NCBI GenBank assembly: GCA_950097015.1
Contig: CATNEN010000034.1
Location: 1,116,001 to 1,180,000, forward strand
Length of the DNA stretch: 64,000 nucleotides
Origin: Macrostomum hystrix
Taxonomy: Eukaryota > Animalia > Platyhelminthes
Reading direction: 5' to 3'
Every line of letters begins with the position of its first letter. Positions within the stretch are counted from its first letter, which is position 1. The notes beneath the pieces were generated by a model, which ran no database searches, was not told the origin of the DNA, and saw only the letters and a list, made by a program, of their open reading frames with translations. The position numbers and the translations under genes were made by a program. Of this stretch, positions 34,656 through 47,750 are shown piece by piece.

Positions 34656-37600
34656 TCAGTGCGCGTGCTGGTAGGCTCCGGGTAAGCCCGGGGTACCGTA
34701 GCCCTGACTGACTAGCTGAGAACTGCTCACAGTGGCATAGCCGTTCAGCATGGCACCGCTGCGGAGTGACAGGTGCAGGGATTCATGCTGGTTCATACCT
34801 GATTCTTACCTATGCCCCAATTCTCACCCATGCCCCAATTCTCACCCATGCCCCAATTCTCACCCATGCCCCAATTCTCACCCATGCCCCAATTCTCACC
34901 CATTCCCCAATTCTCACCCATGCCCCAATTCTCACCTTTTGCCCCAAATCTCACCCATGCCCAAATACGCACCCACTCCGATTCTCACCCACTCCAATTC
35001 TCACCCACTCCAATTCTCACCCACTCCAATTCTCACCCACTCCAATTCTCACCCACTCCAATTCTCACCCACTCCGATTCTCACCCACTCTAATGCTTAC
35101 TGGTACCAGTCCCCCAAATTACCTCTCTAATTCTCACCCAACCAAATTCTACCTATCCCTATTCTTACCAATCCAATCCAAACCATCCACAATTCACACC
35201 CGCCCAGCTAGCTCACCTGGCTGTCGGCGCTCCGGGATAGGCGGCAGCGGCGGCCGCGTAAGGGCCAAGCGGCTGCTGAAGGAAAGCCAGCTGGCTCGCG
35301 TAGCTGGGATAGGCGAGTGGGTTGTTGGCCGCAGCCGCAGCCGCAGCCGCCGCTGCCGCTGCGGCGTAGTAGCTGTAGGGCGTCAGGAGGGCCTGCAGAG
35401 TGATGGCAACTTTGCAGTATGGCGGAGAGATTCCAAGCTTGAAAATTTGTCATCCTGTCACTCTGTCATCTTGTCACTCTGTCATCCTGTCACTCTGTCA
35501 TCCTGTCACTCTGTCATCCTGTCACTCTGTCATCCTGTCACTCTGTCATCCTGTCACTCTGTCATCCTGCCACTCTGTCATCGTGCAGCTCTCACCGCTG
35601 CGCTGTCCTTCTCATTGCTCTCCTTGCCCCAGGAGCATTTGCAGGGCTGGCCGCCAACGTCCTTGCCGTGCATTGTGATGATGGCGCGTGTGGCGCCTTC
35701 GTGAGTGTCGAATCGGATGAAAGCGTAGCCCTTCTCCTTGAAGACGCGCACCTCCATGATTGCTCCGAAATCCTTGAAGGCATCGCGTAGTAGTTCCTCT
35801 GTCAAGTTTGTCAAGGTTGAGGCGAAGTTGTGCATGTGTCACGTGATATTTTATCACCAACCAATCAGACTTCGTAAACTCACCGCAGAGTCCTCTGGTG
35901 ATGCCACCGACGTACACGGTGCTGTTGACTGTGGAGGAGGCTTGCGCAACCTCTTCATAATTCAATGGCTTTTGGTCAACTGCAGGTGGGACCGAATTCA
36001 GTGTAGGGCTTGTCATTGTTCTACCATTGTGTAGTCATAATCTCTTTAATCCCAATCGGTATTCTATTCCCAACCTCTTCTAAACCCTATCTCTACTCCA
36101 GCTCCAATCAGTATCCCACCCCAATATCTGAATCGCACACCAATCTCACCTGGCGTCTGTTGCGGCTTGCGCACGGCCCAGTTGGTGCGTATAGCCCTGT
36201 TGCCTAGCAACTGGCCGTTCATCTTCTGCATCGCGTCTTCTGCCTCGTTCTTGTTGGCGAAAGCCACGAATCCGTAGCCCTTTGGCTTCTGCGTGTGCAT
36301 ATCCTTGATGATCTTGCACTCACTGTAGTTTTGTTAGCGTGGGATAGTTTGTGATTGTCATGGTAACCCCATAGCAACCTGTCTATAAGGGACCAAAATT
36401 GTCTCGATAGTTGCCTAATTCCGTAAATGCCCAAACAGCTCTCGTTTGCAAAGATGGACGCGAAGAAACAGAGTTTCAGGCAGGTTAATAAACTGTCTGA
36501 GTCACTGCCGTAAATGCATTGGCGCCAACTAGACTGGAGCTGATTATTCAGCATAAATGCTAGAGTAGCAATTATTCACTAGGGTCTGGATGCAGAACGA
36601 CTCAAATGTATTTATAATTCGACTCCAATGGCTATTCTCCCATGAGGCACAGGCGTCCAGATCCCCAATAAAAATTCTCTGTCAGCCTAATTTCAGCTGA
36701 GCTGGGCGTCTGAGGCTACCAATTCAGGGGACATTTTTCACTACTGGACACACACCGATACCAATGCATACCTATATATAGAGAGTTATAATAGCTCTCT
36801 ATTCTACCTCAATCTCTATTCTACCTAATCTCTATTCTAACTCAATCTCTATTCTACCTAATCTCTATTCTAACTCAATCTCTATTCTACCTAATCTCTA
36901 TTCTACATCAATCTCTATTCTACCTAATCTCTATTCTACATCAATCTCTATTCTAACTCAATCTCTATTCTACCTAATCTCTATTCTAACTCAATCTCTA
37001 TTCTACCCCAATCACTATTCTACCCCAATCTCTATTCTACCTAATCTCTATTCTAACTCAATCCCTATTCTACATCAATCTCTATTCTACCTAATCTCTA
37101 TTCTAACTCAATCTCGATTCTACCCCAATCACTATTCTACCCCAATCTCTATTCTACCTAATCTCTATTCTAACTCAATCTCGATTCTACCCCAATCTCT
37201 ATTCTACCCCAATCTGTATTCTACCCCAATCTGTATTCTACCCCAATCTGTATTCTACCCCAATCTGTATTCTACCCCAATCTATATTCCACTTTAATGT
37301 CTATTCTACCCCCATCCCTATTCTACCCCAATCTCTATTCTACCCCAATCTCTATTCTACCCCAATCTCTATTCTACCCCAATCTATATTCCACTTTAAT
37401 GTCTATTCTACCCCCATCCCTATTCTACCCCAATCTCTATTCTACCCCAATCTCTATTCTACCTCAATCTCTATTCTACCCCAATCTCTATTCTACTCCA
37501 ATCTCTATTGTACCCCAATCTATATTCTACCCCCAACCCTATTCTACCCCAATCTATATTCTACCCCAATCTATATTCTACCCCCATTCCTATTCTACCT

Positions 37601-40600
37601 CAATCTATATTCTACCCCAATCTATATTCCACCTCAATGTCTATTCTACCCCCATCCATATTCTACCTCAATCTAGATTCTACCCCCATCCCTATTCTAC
37701 GCCAATCTCTATTCTACTCCAATCTCTATTCTACCCCAATCTCTATTCTACAAGTACTATACGAGTATTTTATATCAGACTCGGAGTGTATGTCTGTGTT
37801 GTGTACATCGTGGCTCAGGACAAGGGATCCGATAAGGTATATATTTAAAAGTTCAGCCCACCCCCTCAGTCTGCAATACTCCTACAGTAAGTCGTAAAAC
37901 CCAGTTCTGGAGAATAACATAGAAACAGACGGAGAGACTACAGCTGAGCTGAGGGCTGCAGTGAAAGCTGAGACAAGCAAAAGAGAAATTTCAGACTTGT
38001 GAGAAGCCAAACCAAACAGCACTTGAGAATGGCTGCAATGAGTTGAGGCTGGCAGGGCTTGCTGCTGCTCAGAAAATTTCTGCTCAAGCACGGGCAACTA
38101 CTCACGTGACAACTCCGAAGGCTGAGAAGGCGTCCTTCAGCTGGTGAGACTCCACGTCTGGTGCCAGGTCGCCGACAAATATGTGATGGTGGCCTGCGAT
38201 GATGGCGATGTGTTGAATATTTCCGATTTTCAAATCAGGATTTCAGATCTTCAAAGTGGGATTTCAAATTCCTAAAAATGGGATTTAGAATCCTCAAAAT
38301 AGGATTTCTCAAAACAGGATTTCATATCCTTCAAAACTAATTTAGAAACCTCAAAATGGGATTTCAGATCCTTAAAATGGATTTCAGATCCTTAAAATAG
38401 GATTTAGATCCCATCACAATCCCATTTTCTCAAAATAGGATTTCAGATCCTGAAAATTGGATTTCAGATCCTTAAAATGGGATTTTGAATCCTTCAAATG
38501 GGATTTCAGATCCTCAAATGGGATTTAGATCCACGAAATGGGATTTAGATCGACGAAATAGGATTTAAAATCTTCAAAATTCTTATATCCTCGAAGTGGG
38601 ATTTCTGATTAAAAAAATAGCACATCAGATTCTCAAAATGGGATTTAAGCTTCCAGGGATCCTGATGTTGGGCTTGACAGGCATCCAATCGTTCAGTAAA
38701 TCGCGGAAGCGAATCGCATGCACATTTCGAACAAAACCGCTGACCACTCACAGGTTGTATCGACCTTTGGGCTGCCGCCAGACCCCGCGTGGTGTCCCAT
38801 GCCGCTTGGAAACAACTGCAGGCCCTGGCAAATGTAAAGTGATATAGTGGCAGACTGCAATTTGAATTCTTTCATTTCCATCGTTTCAAAATGGTCGTCA
38901 ATTTGCTAGTTGATCAGTCGGCGAGAACACAAATTTTACAACAGCAAATACTTAATCGAAGTCAAATGTTGTTCTATAGACATTTTGTTATCTTCTTTGA
39001 AACGAGAAGATGGGAGAGCTTTTGTTGGATCAGCTATCAAGCTCTGAATGTAGAAACTGGAGAGACAACTCCACCGCCAAACCCACATTTTCCCGAAAAT
39101 TTACGCTTGAGCAGATAGGAAATTTCCGTATGATGCAACAATGTTGCTACAATTTTGTTTTATTAGAAAGCTTAATAAATTCTCTACATTTAGTTGTGCT
39201 TCAATGCAATTTTAGAAATGTTATAAATGCTTTTTAGCAAAGTTTTGATGCGAAGAAACGATTTTTATATAGAAATATAGAGTTTAGAAAATCATTGAGA
39301 GTTTAGTATAAACTTTCTTTAAGCGCGGCTCACTTGCTAAAACAGGCAAACACACAAGCTTCAGCTAAAATTTAGAGAATTTATTTTGTATGTATTATAC
39401 CAATATTGATAGGCTGCAGAGGGCTGAAACGAGGTAAAACATTTCACGGCCCGCCCGCTGTGAATATCTATGGAATTCGACCATAGACAACAGCAGAGGG
39501 CTGGCTGCCGTTAGTTTCAACCTCGTTTCAACACGCGTAGGCTAACTACAATCCCCGTTTGCCCGCCAACCCCGTCTGTGTCTCAAAGCATTTCATTTAT
39601 ATGCTTTGCTTTTAATCAAAATCAAATAAATAAATCAAATATAATAAATAAATCAAATATAATAAATAAATCAAATATAATAAATAAATGATTTATTTCC
39701 CGCTCGCCCGGGGCGGATAAACGCAACGTTTACCATAGACAACTCTGGGGGAAATAAAAAGAACGTAGCTCACAGCTAGCCATAGCTCAGACTGTCTTAC
39801 ACGCCTAGTGTACACCTTTTACCACAGGCGCTTCTTCTTCAAACAGGTCTGCTTTTTACCATAGACTATGGACAGAGTCAGGTAGAGAAAGAGAGAGTCA
39901 GAGTTTATACACAGAGCATAAAAGTGCAATCAAAGTTGGCGGGCAAACGGGGAATACATACCATATTTCACATTCATTACGGCTGTCTAGGGTGGAAAGG
40001 CACTCGCTGCGACATTTGCGCCTCGAGCCTTCCATCCTAGGGAGCCGAAATAAATGGGAAATATTATACATTTATTTAGTCATCACTGTTATTATACAAT
40101 TAGAATTTCCTATCTGCCCAGAGTATTTTAGCTTTGCTCATTTCGATGCTCATTTCATCGGCCATAGACACTTCCTTCTAGTTTTGAAATGATTGAATAG
40201 GTAGGAGAGGCTAACAAGAAAATAGAGGAATATGGGATTCAGCAATGCTGAGCTAGGGGGGGGGTTGGTCGGGCTCGTTCCTAATACTTTTGCAGCCGCT
40301 AGGAATAAGTTACACTGCTACACCAATTATTGGCATATGGTAGGGGAGCCAGGTGGCCTCTGCTGAGCAAAAATGCATTGAGAGAGGCCATTGCCCAGGA
40401 GAAAAGCGAGTGAGAGGGTGACACGATGAGGAGGAGGGGTGGACGGAATCCGATCTCAATTTTGCCAATATCCCAATAAAGACAGCAGCTGTTTCTTGAA
40501 GCCTATAGCCAGCCACCCCAGTAGAGCGTCTACCCCCCTCCCCAGTTCAACTCGATCTTGAAGCCGAAGCCGTGTTGCTTGATGTGTGGCCTTCTAGAGA

Positions 40601-41819
40601 ACTTATGCCGCTGCCTGCATGCAATGTGCGACTATTTCTCAAGCAGCAGCAAGCCAGTTGAATAATGGGAATAATGGCCTGCCAACGCATGCTCAAACAC
40701 TTGCGCGAGTCCGCCTCGAGGCCATATTATTGAGCTGGCTCAACTTTTTTTGTTCAAAGAAAAGAAATATCGAATGAACACACACAGCAACACAGAGGGG
40801 AGGTATTGCTAGGTATTTTAGGCACTCAGACACGTGCAGACAAAGCGATTTAAAAAAAATATAACTGCTGTTAGGGCTGAGTGAAAAAACCCTTCTCTTG
40901 TATAGAAGCCGAAAGAACCTCGCCAATGTCTCACCTGGCTTTGTGGAATTGAACTAAAAACACCGAGCTATCTTATCCCTTTCAAGGCATTTTTACTCCT
41001 TCTGCATCCACAAAGGCGTTCAGCAACTCTCATTCTACCATTCTTCTTAAACACATCCTGCCAGTTTTCCACACCCTCTCATATCTCCCTCTCTTTGTCT
41101 CCCCCGAATAATCTCTCCCTTACTCGTTGCCTCGTTTCTCCACTATCTCATTTCTCCCAGGTGAGATTTCTCCCTTCCTTATTTCTCCCATGTCTCATTT
41201 CTCCCATGTCTCATTTCTCCCATGTCTCATATCTCCCATGTCTCATTTCTCCCATGTCTCATTTCTCCCGTGTCTCATTTCTCCCATGTCTCATTTCTCC
41301 CATGTCTCATTTCTCCCATGTCTCATTTCTCCCATGTCTCATTTCTCCCATGTCTCATTTCTCCCATGTCTCATTTCTCCCATGTCTCATTTCTCCCATG
41401 TCTCATTTCTCCCATGTCTCATTTCTCCCATGTCTCATTTCTCCCATGTCTCATTTCTCCCATGTCTCATTTCTCCCATGTCTCATTTCTCCCATGTCTC
41501 ATTTCTCCCATGTCTCATTCTCCCATGTATCTTTGCTCTGATGTCACATTTCTCCCATCTGTGATTTCTCCCTTCCTCAGTGCCTCATTTCTTCCATGTC
41601 TCATTTCTCCCCTCTGAGCTAATCCCATTCTTACCCCCCCAGCTGCGCATTACTCTCAGAGTCTAGCATTTTCATGTCGCAGGGTCTGTGCTGCCAGTTT
41701 GTCTCCGTGGGATGACAATGCATTTCGCCGCGCTGCCAGCAACATCCAGACCCCATCCAGTTCCCTGAGCAGGGAACTGGACACGCATCACGCGCTTTCT
41801 ACCGCCATCTCTCACTAAA

Positions 41820-41855
<36 letters not shown>

Positions 41856-44603
41856 TGGTGGCAGTGTGGGACTGAGGGGGTTTCCTTAGTCACAAAAAAC
41901 CGGAGAAAATGCCGTACCCTAGGCAGCTGCCAGCCAGTTAATAATTGATTGGATCAGGGCCAGTATTTTGGGAGACAGGCTTGGCAATGGCGGATCAATA
42001 TTTTATTAAGACGAAGACCAAGCTATGGAATAGGAGTGACGGTGCATTGGCCAGGGCCCAAGCACTGGCGGTAACCGGAGAGCGGAGGGCGGAGCTGCTG
42101 GCGGATGTTAATGCGGGCGCAGAGAGAGAGAGAGGCGCATGAATAATTCAGCGGCCAGCTGCCGGGCAGCAGCACCGTCGGACTCACGCCACAGACCGCT
42201 CGGTTTTCGTCAGAAGAAAAAAATATTGGTGAAAAAAACTGATAGAGAGAGTTTTCCGACCGGAATATTACACCTCACTCTCGCCTGGCCAGTTTAGATT
42301 CACTTCCGGCCTAAGAGAATCCGACTTCGAATAGCATTGGCAGGATTCCGTCACGTGCCTAAGCAGGGCTTCCCCGCAAGATAACAGTTTCTAAAAATAG
42401 CAACATATCAAGCCCCACTTAGCCAATGATTGCCGTTGGAATTACAATCGACTTAAGCATAAAATAATGAAGTAGAGGCAACTAGAAAATGCTAATCGCA
42501 ATGTAGCTCGAACTGCGATTAGACACACACACAGAGAGGGAAAAGAAACACATGTAAGTGGCAAAAGTAACTGAATCAAAGAAAAATTGTACATGGGCTT
42601 TAGGCAATTGAAACTTGAGTAAAAATAATTTATGTTATCGTAATAAATTAAACTAAAACTTCGAGAGGTAGTTAGGAAACTTTTATTAAAAATATATATT
42701 AATTGTTGTTAAAAATAGTTTAGAGGCCTGTCAGGCCTGTCAGACACGGATTCTAAACGGGCACCAAGCTGATAGGCTAAACTGGGGCAAAACCAACTAA
42801 CCGAAATCAAACCAAGCGACTACACACAGCTTGCTGCGGATGGCTGCACCAGTTCGGATTTGGGAGAGCTAGCAGAGGGACATAGGAGAGAATGAGATGG
42901 CTGATGGAGAGCAGAGGGAGAGAGGCAGAGGGGTAGAGGGAGAGGGCAGAGGGAGAGGGGTAGAGGGAGAGGGGCAGTGGGGAAGGGGCAGAGGGAGAGG
43001 GGTAGAGGGAGAGGGTCAGAGGGAGAGGGGTAGAGGGAGAGGGGCAGAGGGGCAGAGGGAGAGGGGTAGAGGGAGAGGGGCAGTGGGGAAGGGGCAGAGG
43101 GAGAGGGGTAGAGGGAGAGGGGCAGAGGGAGAGGGGTAGAGTGAGAGGGTCAGAGGGAGAGGGGTAGAGGGAGAGGGGCAGAGGGGCAGAGGGAGAAGGG
43201 TAAAGGGAGAGGGGTAGAGGGAGAGGGGCAGTGGGGAAGGGGCAGAGGGAGGGTAGAGGGAGAGGGGCAGAGGGAGAGGGGTAGAGGGAGAGGGGCAGTG
43301 GGGGAGGGGCAGAGGGAGAGGGTCAGAGGGAGAGGGGCAGAGGGTCAGAGGGAGAGGGGTAGAGGGAGAGGGTCAGAGGGAGAGGGACAGAGGGAGAGGG
43401 GTAGACGGAGAGGGTCAGAGGGAGAGGGGTAGAGGGAGAGGGGCAGAGGGGCAGAGGGAGAGGGGTAGAGGGAGAGGGGTAGAGGGGCAGAGGGAGAGGG
43501 GTAGGGGAGAGGGGCAGAGGGGGAGGGGCAGAGGAAGAGTGTCGACGTCAGAGGGAGAGGGGCAGAGGGAGAGGGTCGACGTCAGAGGTAGAGGGGCAGA
43601 GGGAGAGGGTCGACGTCAGAGGGGGAGGGGCAGAGGGAGAGTGTCGACGTCAGAGGGAGAGGCGCAGAGGGAGAGGGTCGACGTCAGAGGTAGAGGGGCA
43701 GAGGGAGAGGGTCGACGTCAAGAGGGAGTGGGGCAGAGAGAGAGGGGCTGGGTTTAGCGGTGGTCTGCAGGCAGGCGGGAAATGCCACAGAGTTCTCGGT
43801 AGCAGCGAGTCGATTTCAGTGGGAGAGGAAAGTTAGGTTTTTTGTTTGGCTATCAAATGCCAAGAAGGAATATATAATTTGTGTTAAAAAACGGCTGCAA
43901 TATAGCAAATGTTATTAACTGAGAAAGTAAGTAGAGAAAAACTATTTGAAAAAAATGAAACAAGATTATTGGCAGCTGGGATTGGAGGAAAATGGGCTGA
44001 TTTCTGCTCAGGCAGACAATAAGGCAACAATAATCTCACATATAGAGCGAAGTAAGCAGAAAATTGCTTTTGGGAAATGTTTAATAAAGCACAAATTTAT
44101 AAATTAAGAAATCGGAGAGTGAGATGAAAGCCGCGAGATCCAAGCTGCAATACTTACACACTCAAAGGCCAGACAAACCCGCCCTCACCTGCTGCCCTGT
44201 GGCGCCGAAACAGTGGGAGATATTTTCAATGGATCGTATAAAGAAGCTGAATGATTGCGCATTGTTTCACTAGTTACATGCTTGAGTACACTAGTTTGGT
44301 TGCAAAAAAACTAGCATTCTGAGCACACCGCCAGCTCACCTTGTTCAGCGGCACTCCAGTCAGGGCTCCCGGGTTCGCGTAGCCTCCACCGCCGCCGCTG
44401 CTGCCACCTCCGGTGTAGGCGGCCAGTGCTGCCGGGTTGCCGGCTAGCAGGGCGGCGGCCGCCGCAGCAGCGGCCGAATTCGCTCCGCCGCCGCCGCCGC
44501 CGCCACCGCCTGGCGTGATGGCGCCTGTCGGCTGCTGATTGGCCTGGGCGGCTGCGCCGTAGGCGGCGGCGCCCTGAGGCAGCAGGACGAGCTCGTACAT
44601 CAT
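34656..44603 (-). CDS. TIA1: TIA-1/TIAR-like RNA-binding protein with only two RRMs, 373 aa; exons 44603-44340, 40953-40935, 38193-38106, 36322-36150, 35979-35884, 35798-35596, 35392-35217, 34758-34656
   Basis: RRM2 [10 protein letters not shown]...[16 protein letters not shown]...[12 protein letters not shown] and RRM3 STVYVGGI...[23 protein letters not shown]...CKCSWGKE match TIA-1/TIAR; all junction phases consistent; total 1122 nt. Confidence 0.88.
34810..35095. repeat. 18-bp then 16-bp intronic minisatellite (CCAATTCTCACCCA core)
   Basis: Direct periodicity. Confidence 0.94.
35450..35582. repeat. 16-bp intronic minisatellite (GTCATCCTGTCACTCT)n
   Basis: About 8 copies. Confidence 0.94.
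36795..37750. repeat. 17-bp intronic minisatellite (TCTATTCTACCCCAATC)n
   Basis: About 55 imperfect copies. Confidence 0.96.
38225..38650. repeat. About 21-bp degenerate minisatellite (AAATGGGATTTCAGATCCTCA)n
   Basis: Repeated GGATTT...ATCC cores. Confidence 0.88.
39553..39952. mobile_element. 400-bp MITE with 18-bp perfect TIRs and 3-bp TSD (AAT)
   Basis: CCCCGTTTGCCCGCCAAC at 39553 and its inverse ending at 39952; AAT at 39550-39552 and 39953-39955; internal AATAAATAAATCAAATAT repeats. Confidence 0.78.
41180..41605. repeat. 16-bp intronic minisatellite (CATGTCTCATTTCTCC)n
   Basis: More than 20 near-perfect copies. Confidence 0.96.
41820..41853. repeat. (GCT)11 microsatellite
   Basis: Direct reading. 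Confidence 0.9.
42912..43745 (+). repeat. G/A-rich array of about 14 bp (GGGAGAGGGGCAGA)n with G-quadruplex potential
   Basis: Dozens of GGG/GGGG tracts with short loops; 3' part has GTCGACGTC-containing variant units. Confidence 0.93.
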
Positions 44604-45789
44604 GGTCGATGGCCTGGGCCTCACTAAATTAGTACCGCTGTTTATCCCGCTGGCTCAGAATGCGACCGTTGAGCAAGTGAAAGGCGGTTAGGCGGCCTGC
44701 TCCGATCCCTATTTTATACTCCCTCAGTCCTCTTCCTCTCACGGCCTGGTCGTGTTTTCCCCTTCCCACCTCCCCAGTCCCAATGTTCCGTGAGCGCCTT
44801 CCAGCTGGGCGCGGTGGCTGGCTGACTGTCTTGGAGCGACTGGCGCGATGGCCAATGGGAGACGCGGCCGTGTTTTGACTCGCCCCAACCACCACCAACG
44901 CTACACACATTCTGCTGGGTGAGGAGCAAGTGAGAACGAGGCGAACGACTCACCGGGCCTGGACTGAGGGGGAGGTGCAGCGGGGCCAAAAGGAAGGCAG
45001 CCCGCGTGAGTTGGCTGGGAGGAAAATTGGAAGGGAACGACCGGGAGCTGCGTGTTGGTAAGAAAAAAACTTTTTTTGCTGCTGCTGCTGCTGCACTGGG
45101 GGGAATGGCAGTTTTTCATAGGGTTTTAGACTGAAGGCGGTGAGAAATGGTGGGGTGCTGAGCTTAGAGACAGCAGCATGCGGACACAAACCAACACAGG
45201 TCCCGAAGCAATTTGGGGATTTGTAGCAACTGCGGGCGGTCCGCCGCCAAGTGTTGCAAAACTGGGAATAATGTAAAGCGTATTGCAAAGCCGTAGCGGG
45301 GTGGACTCGGCGCTGGGGTCTATGACAGTCGCTAGAGTAAATGGCAGGTGAATTGTCTGACCGGGGCGGGTTCCAGAGTCAGGCCCTGCCGATAGGGATC
45401 AGTTCCCGTCCGATCGATCCGCGGCGGGTCTCTCAGTAGCGAGCCAATTCAGCGCTTGTCAGGGGCCGGGCGCAACACGCAGAGTTTGAGCTGCATGAGC
45501 TCAAAAACACTTGAACTCGCGCGGCCGTACAAGCGGCGCCGCGCACGCGTGGCTGAGCTGCAGCTGGCTCGATTCGGTAGCGATTACTCACACTGCCCCG
45601 GCTCATTGTTGTGCCCGCGTCATTTGTTCATAGGTGGCGGGCACCTGTGTAATGCGGTCCAGTTGAGCTCCATTGTTTCAAATGCTCACACTGGGCCAAC
45701 TATGCCAAACATATTCACCGATGGCATCTGCTATAACAACCATGTAATCTATGCGGACCCCATATTCAGAAATAGGTCATGCTGGGCTG

Positions 45790-46590
45790 ACAAAGACAAA
45801 TAGACAGGAAGACAGACCGACATACAGGAAGATGGACAGACAGACAGACAGACAGACAGGAAGGTGGACAGACAGATAGACAGACAGACTGACAGACAGG
45901 AAGGTGGACAGACAGATAGACAGGCAGACAGACCGACATACAGGAAGGTGGACAGACAGATAGACAATCAGACAGACAGACAGGCAGACAGATTGACAGG
46001 TAGGATGGCGGATAGACAGATAGACAGACAGGCAGACCGACAGACAGGAAGGTGGACAGACAGATAGACAGGCAGACAGACCGACATACAGGAAGGTGGA
46101 CAGACAGATAGACAGACAGACAGACTGACAGACAGGAAGGTGGACAGACAGATAGACAGACAGACAGACTGACAGACAGGAAGGTGGACAGACAGATAGA
46201 CAGACAGACAGGAAGGTGGACAGATAGTTAGAAAGACGGGCAGACCGACAGACAGACAGGAAGGTGGACAGACAGATAGACAGACAGACAGACAGACTGA
46301 CAGACAGGAAGGTGGACAGACAGATAGACAGACAGACAGGAAGGTGGACAGACAGTTAGAAAGACGGGCAGACCGACAGACAGACAGGAAGGTGGACAGA
46401 CAGATAGACAATCAGACAGACAGACAGACAGACAGACAGACAGGAAGGTGGACAGACAGATAGACAATCAGACAGACAGACAGACAGACAGGCAGACAGA
46501 TTGACAGGTAGGAAGGCGGACAGACAGATAGACAGACAGACAGGAAGGTGGACAGACAGACAGACAGACAGCCAGACAGATTAGTAGATA
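45790..46590. repeat. GACA-based compound minisatellite (about 32-36-bp units with a GGAAGGTGG core)
   Basis: Direct periodicity. Confidence 0.94.
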
Positions 46591-47261
46591 GACAAATAGA
46601 GGCAACCAAGCACACAGGCGTATATATATATCTATATAAAGAGAGTAAGAAAAGCCAAACAAGACCGCATAATAATTAATTGTCGGCGATGTGCGAAAAC
46701 TACGACTCAAAGAATCAAACGAGCTAAGCCGGTTGGCTACTCAGTCACACACTAGAAGTAACGATGCTTTGCGTATTAAATATCTATCTGTGCATTCCAA
46801 CCTGCGATACATCATAGTAGCTTTTATTTCTATATTACCAATCGATGAGGACAAAACGAACACAGTGGATAATTCTACTAATATTACTAGCAGTAGGCAG
46901 TGGAGCCGACAGGGAAAAATCGATTTGAAAGTGCGGAAACTAGACACTAAATGGACACTATTGGCGAATCACCTGAATACGGGTAGCAGAATCAAAACGT
47001 AGCAGAGTTTTATACGAATAATGAATACTAATAGTACTACAATATAGATAGTAATGAATATTGGGACTCACATGCGGTTGACAAAGAGATGTTAACTACT
47101 TAATTACTAGTTATTGACGACAAGGACAGGCTAGTATTGAAGCCTGAATGGGACACACAGACAAGGCTAATATAGGTTAGAAACAGTTTTATTTCAAATA
47201 AGCTATTAAAAAACAATAATTGACAGATAGGGCCAAATTTATAGCCAAGAACTGGATGAGT

Positions 47262-47750
47262 TAGGAGCTAGATATAATTCTAGATAGGGTTGGATGTGAT
47301 CTAGATGGGATAGATATAATTCTAAATAAAGTTGGATGTGAGCTAGATGGGATGGATATAGATCTAAATAGGGTTGGATGTGAGCTAGATGGGATAGATA
47401 TAATTCTAAATAAAGTTGGATGTGAGCTAGATGGGATGGATATAGATCTAAATAGGGTTGGATGTGAGCTAGATGGGATGGATATAGATCTAAATAGGGT
47501 TGGATGTGAGCTAGATGGGATAGATATAATTCTAAATAGGGTTGGATGTGATCTAGATGGGATTGATATAGATCTAAATAAAGTTGGATGTGATCTAGAT
47601 GGGATGGATATAGATCTAAATAGGGTTGGATGAGATCTAGATGGGATGGATATAGATCTAAATAGGGTTGGATGAGATCTAGATGGGACAGATATAATTC
47701 TAAATAGGGTTGGATGTGATCTAGATGGGATAGATATAGATCTAAATTAG
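47262..47750. repeat. 42-bp minisatellite
   Basis: Unit GATATAGATCTAAATAGGGTTGGATGTGAGCTAGATGGGATG, about 11 copies. Confidence 0.95.

Noticed and set aside
36570-36690. RIFIGDLD (RNP2-like) as a mutually exclusive alternative RRM2 exon
   Set aside because: Available acceptors give phase 0 or 2, or an immediate stop, whereas phase 1 is needed; the rest of the frame is not RRM-like.
39485-39505. CAGCAGAGGGC resembling a CTCF core motif
   Set aside because: Short imperfect match inside a repeat-like region; no supporting context.
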